The position numbers and the translations under genes are program-made. Of a DNA stretch of 32,000 nucleotides, positions 8,945 to 16,573 are shown piece after piece; position 1 is the first letter of the stretch, and each line of letters starts with the position of its first letter. Source of the stretch: Pseudodesulfovibrio piezophilus C1TLV30 (GTDB taxonomy: Bacteria; Desulfobacterota; Desulfovibrionia; Desulfovibrionales; Desulfovibrionaceae); the NCBI RefSeq assembly GCF_000341895.1, contig NC_020409.1, positions 690,001 through 722,000 on the forward strand, written 5' to 3'. The notes under the pieces are model-generated. The model was not told the origin of the DNA. It worked only from the letters and a program-made list of their open reading frames with translations, and ran no database searches.

Positions 8945-10125
8945 GCGCCCGCGTACTTCTCGTAGACGACGAACCCAATGTGCTCTCAGCGTTACGTCGC
9001 CAGTTGCGTGACAAATACGAAATTGAAGTGGAACAAGACCCTCAAGCGGCGCTCAAACGGCTGGATAGGAGTAATCCTTTTGCTGCCGTAGTGTCAGATT
9101 ATCGAATGCCAAAAATGAATGGCATTGAATTTCTCAATGAAGTGAAGCGCCTCAGCCCTGAAACAACTCGGGTCATGCTCACAGGATATGCAGATCTTGA
9201 TAACGCTATCCGAGCTGTCAATGATGGCAATGTCTTTCGATTTCTCACAAAACCATGTGAAAAGGAAACATTGCTCCAGCACGTCAACGAAGCCGTCAAG
9301 CAATATGAATTGGTCACAGCCAAACGAGTCTTGCTAGAAAAGACTCTCAAAGGAAGTGTTGAACTGCTCAGTGAAATTACATCCATGGTCAATCCCCATG
9401 CCGGAGAGCAGATAAACCGGGTCAGACGCTCCGTCAAATATCTCGCAATGAAAAAAGAAGTTAAGGATTTATGGCGATATGATATTGCGACCATGCTCTG
9501 TCAGCTAGGAACCCTTATATTACCCCCCGGCACACTGGACGCCCTTATCAGCGGAGCAGAACTTTCCCCGGAACAGACCCAGATGTACGAAATGCATCCT
9601 GGAATTGCCCAGAGCCTCCTCTCCAAACTGCCTCGTATGGGCGCAATTGCTGATATGATTGCCTATCAACTCAAAGGATTTGATGGATCAGGAACCCCAA
9701 GAGATGCCAAAAAGGAAGATGATATCCCACTCGGGGGACGTATCCTTAAAATCGCTCTGGATTACGATCTGGCCCTTCAGCTTGAAAAAAATCCCCAGCA
9801 AGCATTCCTGAGCCTGGAAAAAAACAGTGATTTCTACGATCCCGAGTTGATGTATTATCTTGAAGGAATGCTTGGAGTGGAAGCACGGTACGCCATTAAG
9901 ACTATCCGAATTACTGAGCTTGAGCCTGGTATGGTCCTCCATGAAGATGTCATCTCGAATCAAGGTGCGATGCTTCTGCGCAAAAGCCTTGAGCTTGATA
10001 AAGACAAAATTGGACATATTCAAATGTTCGCCCAAAAAGTCGGTATCAATGATGAGATAACTGTCCTGGTTCCTGAACAGGAAACCGAAGAGGCTGAACA
10101 GGCAGTTGAAGAACAAACCAATTAG
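8941..10125 (+). CDS. Response regulator, REC + degenerate HD-GYP-like domain + C-terminal extension
   Basis: The ATG overlaps the upstream stop (ATGA). REC motifs are LLVDDE, VSDYRMPKMNG and TKP. The downstream domain aligns by eye with HD-GYP, but its catalytic motifs are replaced (see findings). Confidence 0.85.
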   Translation: MSARVLLVDDEPNVLSALRRQLRDKYEIEVEQDPQAALKRLDRSNPFAAVVSDYRMPKMNGIEFLNEVKRLSPETTRVMLTGYADLDNAIRAVNDGNVFRFLTKPCEKETLLQHVNEAVKQYELVTAKRVLLEKTLKGSVELLSEITSMVNPHAGEQINRVRRSVKYLAMKKEVKDLWRYDIATMLCQLGTLILPPGTLDALISGAELSPEQTQMYEMHPGIAQSLLSKLPRMGAIADMIAYQLKGFDGSGTPRDAKKEDDIPLGGRILKIALDYDLALQLEKNPQQAFLSLEKNSDFYDPELMYYLEGMLGVEARYAIKTIRITELEPGMVLHEDVISNQGAMLLRKSLELDKDKIGHIQMFAQKVGINDEITVLVPEQETEEAEQAVEEQTN

Positions 10126-10140
10126 TACTGTAACAAAAAC

Positions 10141-10189
10141 AACAAACCGGGAGTGAAGGAGATAAAACCTTCTGCCCTGCCGGTTTGTT
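10141..10189. terminator. Candidate bidirectional terminator between the convergent genes
   Basis: AACAAACCGG (10141-10150) pairs with CCGGTTTGTT (10180-10189). An inner GAAGG/CCTTC pair is also present. It lies in the 85-nt gap between the two convergent stops. The loop is large, so the call is tentative. Confidence 0.4.
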
Positions 10190-10210
10190 GCAAGAGAAAA
10201 CCACTCAATA

Positions 10211-12808
10211 TCAATTCTGTTCTTCAAAAGGCAACTTGACTATAAACGTACTCCCTATACCAAGCTTGGACTCAACAAGCATTATGCCGCCATGCATGTT
10301 CACCACGACATTATGTGCAATAGCCAATCCTTGCCCTGTCCCTTTGCCCACATCCTTGGTCGTGAAGAATGGGTCAAAAACACGTTCCATTATATCAGGA
10401 GACATACCAATTCCTGTATCACTGACCTCAAGAACAGCCATACTCCCTTCCTGATAACTTTTGAGCGTAATGGTCCCTCTCTCTTCCCCTCCGGCCCCTT
10501 TAGTTTCAATTGCATGGGCACTATTGACAATAAGATTCAAAACGACCTGCCCCACCTCTCCCTTGAGACAAAAGATACTCGCAAGGGTATCATCAAGATA
10601 ATATTCAATATCGGCAATATATTTCCATTCATTAGTGGAGACAGTTGCCGCGTCCTGGGCTATTTTATTGAGGCTGTGATAGCTCTTTGAGACTTCACCG
10701 GGGTGAGCAAGTTGTTTTACAGATTGAACAATTTCTGCAATTCTTTTAAGACCGGCTTCGGATTCACTCAATGCATTAGGCACATCCTCTGAAAGATATT
10801 CTATTTCTTTAAGATCAAGCGTCGACTCGGCTTGAGCCTGCAAACCCTCATCCGGGGTATCTTTGCATCGCTCCAATATATAATGAACCAACTCCCGACT
10901 CCGCTCCATCATCTTTGAATAAGAATCAAATGAGTCACCCAAGAATTGAAGATTCGATGTGACATACTGCGTTGGCGTGTTTATCTCATGTGCAATTCCT
11001 GCCGCCAATTCCCCTATTGATTCAAGCTTTTGAGCTTGTCTCAATTGTGCTTCAACGACAAGTTGATCAGAGATATCCCTTGCCACGCAGACATACCCTG
11101 TGGTTTGTCCGTCATGATTGCGGATAGGGCCGATATTTGCTTCCTGAGTATACCGTCGACCATTCTTTCTCAGGTTGACAAAACGCCCACTCCAAGCCTC
11201 ACCGCGAGCTATAGTTTCCCATAGCTCCTTATAGAACGCCTCGTTCTGGTCATCGCTTTTGAGGATGTTCGGAGTCTTTCCTAATGCATCCTGCCGAGAA
11301 AAGCCCGTAATCACTTCAAATGCAGGGTTGACGTAGGTAATGATTCCCTTGATATCTGTAATAATCACTACTTCAGCAGCCTGTTCCATGGCTGCCGTCA
11401 GTTGCCGCATGGCCTGCTCCGCCTCTTTTATGGGCGTTATATCTGTAAATGTAAGGACCTTACCTACAATTTCCTTTTGTATACTCCGTAAATTGACAAT
11501 CTGTCCCAAGACCCAAATTTCGAGGTTTTCTTTGGTCACCAACCGCATCTCAACTTGGTTGGAATGAACAAATTTCCCCCGAAGCCACTGAGTTTTGACA
11601 ACAGCCTTATCATGAGCATGGATTCGATCCAGCCACCCTTTTCCAGCGAGGTCCACAGCTGTTGTTTGGGTCATCTCATGCATACGCTCATTGGCGTAAA
11701 TAAGATTTCCCTCCATGTCCGTGATGGCAATCCCCACAGGTGAAGCCTTGGCTATGGCACGAAAACGCTCCTCAATCTCTCGCTGAGCCTCATTGGCACG
11801 ATGCAATTTGGTGACATCACTCCCGATACAAAGCAATTCACGAGGGCGACCATACTCTTCAATAAGACGAACAGTCCATGAGACCCAACCATTGCTATCA
11901 TTATAGAGTGTCAACGCCGACTCACTATAGTTTTCCCCCTGCTCAAAGAATTGAAGAACAACATCAAGCCCCCCATGTCCCTGTGCAGCTCCTAAAAATG
12001 ACATGAAATCCCTACCGACCAATTCTCCTTCCTCACCAACTAGTAATTTTCGAGCAAAAGAATTGGCAAAAGTAATTTTCCCATCTTCATTTATCCTAAT
12101 AATCAGGCTATTCGCCCCCTGGACCAAATCACGATAGTTCTGTTCACGAAGTTGGATATCCCTGATGATCGGTTCACTGAGTTTGAAAAAGACAATCAAC
12201 CCCAAAAGAGTCAACGCTACTCCTACGCCGAAAATAATGAGGTTGGCTCTGATAAAGGGTTCCTTAATCTCATCAATATCAATTTTTGCCACCAACCCCA
12301 TGGTTTCATCCTGAAAAAACAAAGGAGTGTAAGCTGCCAAAACTTCTATTCCCCTGTAATCAAGGGCGATCACAGTTCCAGTTTTCCCCTCCAATGCAGC
12401 CTTCATTGGGATAGCATAGTGATTCTCGTAAGAGATTTGCGCGTTGGAATTGGCTGGCGTTACTGCTTTGCCATTCACAACCAGAAAGCTGACATCCTCG
12501 TCAGACTTTCGACCGATCGTCAATTCGCCAGCATCGCTCTCTATCTGAAATTTTGTATACGCATGACTCAGGTGGTGCAAAAGAGTATCCAAAGGAACGC
12601 CACCAACCCCATCTCCTTCAACACCCTGTGCAATCTGTCCTAATTCCGTCAGTAATGCAGCCTGGCTCTGTACGAGTTCATGCAGGCGAACTTTCTGCTC
12701 ATTAAGGGATGTTTCATACAACAAATATGTACTGAACATGGACACTGCTCCCACCAGCAGGACCATTATCAAAGCCAGTGATGCGAATCGACGTTTGCGG
12801 CCAACCAT
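10211..12808 (-). CDS. Sensor histidine kinase (periplasmic sensor domain, TM, several PAS domains, HisKA, HATPase_c)
   Basis: The H-box ELAAGIAHEINTP and the boxes NLIVNSAHA, DTGIGM and GTGQGL are present. There are at least three PAS-like repeats. The start is set at the ATG at 12808 (MVGRKRRF...), preceded by GAGAGGGG. In-frame ATGs at 12826 and 12841 are alternatives. Confidence 0.9.
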   Translation of the reverse strand: MVGRKRRFASLALIMVLLVGAVSMFSTYLLYETSLNEQKVRLHELVQSQAALLTELGQIAQGVEGDGVGGVPLDTLLHHLSHAYTKFQIESDAGELTIGRKSDEDVSFLVVNGKAVTPANSNAQISYENHYAIPMKAALEGKTGTVIALDYRGIEVLAAYTPLFFQDETMGLVAKIDIDEIKEPFIRANLIIFGVGVALTLLGLIVFFKLSEPIIRDIQLREQNYRDLVQGANSLIIRINEDGKITFANSFARKLLVGEEGELVGRDFMSFLGAAQGHGGLDVVLQFFEQGENYSESALTLYNDSNGWVSWTVRLIEEYGRPRELLCIGSDVTKLHRANEAQREIEERFRAIAKASPVGIAITDMEGNLIYANERMHEMTQTTAVDLAGKGWLDRIHAHDKAVVKTQWLRGKFVHSNQVEMRLVTKENLEIWVLGQIVNLRSIQKEIVGKVLTFTDITPIKEAEQAMRQLTAAMEQAAEVVIITDIKGIITYVNPAFEVITGFSRQDALGKTPNILKSDDQNEAFYKELWETIARGEAWSGRFVNLRKNGRRYTQEANIGPIRNHDGQTTGYVCVARDISDQLVVEAQLRQAQKLESIGELAAGIAHEINTPTQYVTSNLQFLGDSFDSYSKMMERSRELVHYILERCKDTPDEGLQAQAESTLDLKEIEYLSEDVPNALSESEAGLKRIAEIVQSVKQLAHPGEVSKSYHSLNKIAQDAATVSTNEWKYIADIEYYLDDTLASIFCLKGEVGQVVLNLIVNSAHAIETKGAGGEERGTITLKSYQEGSMAVLEVSDTGIGMSPDIMERVFDPFFTTKDVGKGTGQGLAIAHNVVVNMHGGIMLVESKLGIGSTFIVKLPFEEQN

Positions 12809-12990
12809 TCTATCCCCTCTCTTCATGATCCAAACACACACGACACAAGTCGAGCTTCAGCTGAGCTTACGAGAGATATGGCATTCATGCATTTATTTTC
12901 TTTATTAAAGAGAATCATTCCACATGAAACGATGCTGTGAGGTTGCGAACGCAATCGGGATATAAGAAAAGTCTTAAAAAGTTTCAGGCC

Positions 12991-13584
12991 TCAATGGGAA
13001 AAAGAAATTTTGTTTTGATCACCATGTCTGACACGAGTCAGTTTTCCCCTGACCAATTTGAGAAGGGATTCACCAGCTTCAACAAGCTCTCCACTGTTAT
13101 CGATGGTTTGAAGAGAAGGATGTTCAACCCCAAAGGCGTTTGCCCGTTGCAAACGACTCTCAATCTCCTCACCACTTTCTCTTCCTCGGGCCAAAAGCCG
13201 TTGGCGGAGAATTTCTGTTTCAACAGTAACCAAGATCGGTACAATATTCGGATACCGTGATGATGCTTCAGAAAGATATGCCCTTGAACCATTCATGATT
13301 ACGGGAAATCCGGCATCCATCCACAAATCAATTTCCGCGCCGATCCCATATCGAAATCCATGACTGTCCCACTGGAGCGCAAAAAGATTCCTATCCAATC
13401 GAGCCTTAAATTCATCAGGGTGCAAATAAATGTGATTCTCACTCCCAAGGGTAATGGGTCTGGTTATATATCTGTGGGCAAAGATTGCTTCTTTTCCAGG
13501 GCATCGTGCCCTTGCATAATTTATGACGCTGTCTTTTCCGCAACCAGACGGTCCGACAACATAAATCAATCGTCCATTCTTCAC
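12991..13584 (-). CDS. phnN: Ribose 1,5-bisphosphate phosphokinase
   Basis: 197 aa with a P-loop (VVGPSGCGKDS) and guanylate-kinase-like length. The GTG start overlaps the upstream stop (GTGA). It sits in a phn context. Confidence 0.9.
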   Translation of the reverse strand: MKNGRLIYVVGPSGCGKDSVINYARARCPGKEAIFAHRYITRPITLGSENHIYLHPDEFKARLDRNLFALQWDSHGFRYGIGAEIDLWMDAGFPVIMNGSRAYLSEASSRYPNIVPILVTVETEILRQRLLARGRESGEEIESRLQRANAFGVEHPSLQTIDNSGELVEAGESLLKLVRGKLTRVRHGDQNKISFSH

Positions 13585-14288
13585 TGTTCAACCTCTTTTT
13601 TGCCAAATGGAATACGATGAATGAGCATAAAAGGTGTCTTTTTGCTCTGTTGATAAAAAAGACACAATTCACTGACGAAATGAGACTGTTTTCTCAACCT
13701 CCAAGTATGGTCGTTGAGGCTTCTGATAAGCTTCTTTCGCATCTTCCGGTCACGTATGGAGTCAGTCAGAGTCAGGTGAAAATGGAATTCGCTTAAAACA
13801 AATGGATATCCCCATCGAGCAAGAAGCCGCTCCTGGACAGGGGTAAGCCCCTTGGCTCTCCTTCGCTCCATCTCGGCAAGCGTCGGTTGCTCACGAAAAG
13901 AATCGAAAGCTCGCACACAAGAATCTGCAAGTGAATTTATTTGTTCATAATCCTCAGGAACCAACGCTAAAAAATTGCCGATTTCTATTATGTTGAAACC
14001 TTCGAGAAAGAATGCCTTCTGCTGTTGGGCAAACTCCGTAGCATGACGGATCAACTGCCATTCCGTGCAGGATGATGACAAAATGAATGGAGCAACAAGA
14101 GTTCCATGAAACCCATATTGTCGCGGCACAGTCGTTAAGCGAAGAATGTCTTCCGAACTGATTGTACGGAGTCGAGGGGACTCGAAACACTGTCCGGATT
14201 CAGCACATCGTGCCAACCACCATTTTCCAAACTGATCAAGATCGCTGTCTTTTTCAGGTGAGAAATAGACCGCAAACCGTCCTTCCAT
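13581..14288 (-). CDS. DUF1045 phosphonate-metabolism protein, 2H phosphoesterase-like
   Basis: Two H-x-T-x motifs are present (GFHGTLVAPF and FHFHLTLTD). It is translationally coupled to phnN. The ATG at 14288 is preferred over the GTG at 14291. Confidence 0.85.
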   Translation of the reverse strand: MEGRFAVYFSPEKDSDLDQFGKWWLARCAESGQCFESPRLRTISSEDILRLTTVPRQYGFHGTLVAPFILSSSCTEWQLIRHATEFAQQQKAFFLEGFNIIEIGNFLALVPEDYEQINSLADSCVRAFDSFREQPTLAEMERRRAKGLTPVQERLLARWGYPFVLSEFHFHLTLTDSIRDRKMRKKLIRSLNDHTWRLRKQSHFVSELCLFYQQSKKTPFMLIHRIPFGKKEVEQ

Positions 14289-14550
14289 CACATTACCTTA
14301 GCTTCCCTTTCATACTTGTCGTGGAAATCCTCGACAAAAGTCTTCTGAAATATTCGAAGGCCACTCAGATACACCCCGAAGACCAATCCCACCAATCAAA
14401 TCGCAGACGCCCAGCTTTGATTATACCGGCGATCGAAAATCATTTTTTGTAACTCATGAATACAAGTCCATTTGATTGGAAAAAACACAGAACCAAGTCT
14501 TTTTTGAAACAAAAATGACAATAAAGTTACAACTCGTTGAAATTATATTG

Positions 14551-14578
14551 AAAAATAGACAAAAACAAAACTTGTCTA
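14551..14578 (-). terminator. Weak candidate intrinsic terminator downstream of phnF
   Basis: On the minus strand the sequence reads TAGACAA-GTTTTGTTT-TTGTCTA-TTTTTC. It lies about 95 nt after the phnF stop. The stem is only 7 bp and AT-rich, and an operator role is equally possible. Confidence 0.3.
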
Positions 14579-14672
14579 ATGCCTGTCTTTTGATCCTGCA
14601 GTATCCATCGACTCACGAGATATCGCTGCATATGACATTTCGAATGACAAACAAGGATTTGACCCAATGATA

Positions 14673-15398
14673 TCATGCAGAGGATTCAACAACAATCTGT
14701 ACCCAATCACTGGCAAACAAACAGACCCCGTATTCGATAGGCTTACCATCACCAATGACATTGACACTCTCAGTGATCAATACAGGCCTCGTTTTGGGCT
14801 GGCCAAGTTCCCTTGCCTCTTCCGCTGTTGGCATTCTGCTGATTATCCGCGTTTTCTTGCGAAAATAGTCGTGCACCCCAAAAGTTTTCATGGTCCGGGT
14901 AATCGACCCTGTTTCCACATAGACATCTGCCATCCTGGGAAAAATCGACCGAGGGAAATAGGAATGAGAGTAGTTAATTCGACGCCCATCGGCTTCTCCC
15001 GCGCTTGTGATACACGTGACCAGAGAACCTGTTGTGACTTCCAACGCCTCGGACACAACTCCATCTGCTTCCATATCAACGGAGGAAATAAATACATTTC
15101 CGGGAACACGCCTTTGTTGGGACAAATTTTCACTAAACCGAGTTCGCCGCCCCACAGGGTAATGAATGATCGGCTCCCGAACAAATACCCCCCGTCCATG
15201 TTCTATCCTGACAAGCCCTTCTTCCTCCAAAAAAGCGAGAGCACGTCGCAGAGTGTGTCGGTTCACACCGAATTCACCAGCAAGATGATTTTCAGAGGGC
15301 AGACGGTCACCCGGAGCAAAGACGGCGGACGCAATATCCTTCTCCAACCTCGAACAAATCTGTCGCCACAAAGCAATACCGGTCCCACGAGCGAGCAT
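14673..15398 (-). CDS. phnF: GntR/HutC-family transcriptional regulator of phosphonate utilisation
   Basis: It carries the winged-HTH motif LPSENHLAGEFGVNRHTLRRALAFLEEEGLV plus a UTRA-like C-terminal domain. The start ATG at 15398 is preceded by AGGAGG at 8 nt and gives 241 aa. The gene is divergent from phnG. Confidence 0.85.
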   Translation of the reverse strand: MLARGTGIALWRQICSRLEKDIASAVFAPGDRLPSENHLAGEFGVNRHTLRRALAFLEEEGLVRIEHGRGVFVREPIIHYPVGRRTRFSENLSQQRRVPGNVFISSVDMEADGVVSEALEVTTGSLVTCITSAGEADGRRINYSHSYFPRSIFPRMADVYVETGSITRTMKTFGVHDYFRKKTRIISRMPTAEEARELGQPKTRPVLITESVNVIGDGKPIEYGVCLFASDWVQIVVESSA

Positions 15399-15486
15399 CA
15401 CCTTCACCTCCTGAAAAGACATGCTGATTCCAGCAGAATCACAGGCTCCAATGGATGTCCAGATACCCCGAAAGGATGTCACTGAA
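15399..15486. promoter_or_regulatory. Divergent phnF / phnG control region
   Basis: An 88-bp gap separates the divergent starts. It contains the inverted repeat TGATTC-N5-GAATCA (15425-15441) and a GGATGTC direct repeat (15453-15459 and 15474-15480). Confidence 0.5.
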
Positions 15487-15963
15487 ATGGAACAGAACAA
15501 AGTCACCAACAATGCAGATGGTCTTGAGATAAACCGGAAGAAATGGATGGGAATATTGTCAAGAACACACCCACAATGTTTACAGGATGCTCTTGCAGGC
15601 TTAGGCAGTCTACCTGAATACGTCTACCTGCGAACCCCGGAAACAGGTATGATCATGATTCGCGGAAAAGCCGATGGAACGGGGCAGCAATTCAATCTTG
15701 GTGAAATGACCATGACACGCTGTTCCATAAAAACGGGCGCTCACCTTGTAGGACATGGATATGTCATTGGGCGCGATAAACGTCACGCGGAACTGGCAGC
15801 ATTCTATGACGCACTGCTTCAGTCCGATGAATATGGTCCTACCATTCTTCGAGAAATACTCTCTCCCTTACAAGCTGAAATCGAAAAGAAGTGGCGAACC
15901 CAAGCCCAAAAAACTGCTGCAACCAAAGTGGATTTTTTCACCATGGTTCGCGGCGAGAACTGA
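15487..15963 (+). CDS. phnG: C-P lyase core complex subunit PhnG
   Basis: It has the C-terminal VDFFTMVRGEN motif and GRDKRHAE, both as in E. coli PhnG. The start at 15487 gives 158 aa. The ATG at 15451 is an alternative. Confidence 0.85.
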   Translation: MEQNKVTNNADGLEINRKKWMGILSRTHPQCLQDALAGLGSLPEYVYLRTPETGMIMIRGKADGTGQQFNLGEMTMTRCSIKTGAHLVGHGYVIGRDKRHAELAAFYDALLQSDEYGPTILREILSPLQAEIEKKWRTQAQKTAATKVDFFTMVRGEN

Positions 15964-15972
15964 GGCACACAT

Positions 15973-16572
15973 ATGCAAGAAACTCCCCTCAAAACAGCTG
16001 ATCAGAGTTACACGAACTCTCCTCAGGATAACCAAAGAATTTTCAGAGCCATATTGAGAACCATGTCCAGTCCGGGGACAGTGACAGCCCTCGGTCATTG
16101 GCCACAACCACCAGCTCTCTTGCATCCTGCCGCTGCTGCAGTTTGCCTGGCCCTGACAGATATGGAAACACCTCTTTGGATTGATCGAGACGCCCCGGAA
16201 GAAGTTCGCTCCTACCTTCAATTCCACTGTGGCACTCCCATCATAAGCGACCAAAAGGCAGCTGCCTTTGCTATTATTCTGGACGGGATAAAAATCCCAG
16301 ACCTCGAGAAGTTCAATCCTGGAGAATTTGAATATCCAGACCGCTCAGCGACTCTTATCATTCAGGTTGGGGCCATCGAAGTCGGTAATGGAATTTCTTT
16401 GACCGGACCAGGAATCAAGGATTCAACACAGATACGCGTAGGCGGATTAAGCTCGACCTTTTGGCATGATCTCCAAATAAACAATAAACGGTTCCCACTC
16501 GGATATGATGTGATTCTGGCTACAAGCACAGAAATAGTATCACTCCCCAGAACAGTTCAGGTAGGAGCTTAG
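15973..16572 (+). CDS. phnH: C-P lyase core complex subunit PhnH
   Basis: 199 aa with the QRIFRAILRTMSSPG motif typical of PhnH. It lies between phnG and phnI. Confidence 0.9.
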   Translation: MQETPLKTADQSYTNSPQDNQRIFRAILRTMSSPGTVTALGHWPQPPALLHPAAAAVCLALTDMETPLWIDRDAPEEVRSYLQFHCGTPIISDQKAAAFAIILDGIKIPDLEKFNPGEFEYPDRSATLIIQVGAIEVGNGISLTGPGIKDSTQIRVGGLSSTFWHDLQINNKRFPLGYDVILATSTEIVSLPRTVQVGA

Positions 16573-16573
16573 T

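Noticed and set aside
9688-10227. 179-aa minus-strand ORF spanning the end of the second response regulator
   Set aside because: It is antisense to a well-supported CDS and runs through the intergenic hairpin. It has no SD or motifs.
14667-15485. 272-aa + strand ORF
   Set aside because: It is exactly antisense to phnF, whose GntR winged-HTH motif is unambiguous on the minus strand. The + strand product is low-complexity (Pro/Arg/Ser-rich) with no recognisable motif.
15399-15512. Longer starts for phnF (15512 or 15422) and phnG (15421 or 15451)
   Set aside because: The longest versions would make the two divergent genes overlap each other and add non-conserved N-termini. The shorter phnF start has a strong AGGAGG and gives the usual length of about 241 aa. 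The phnG start remains less certain.
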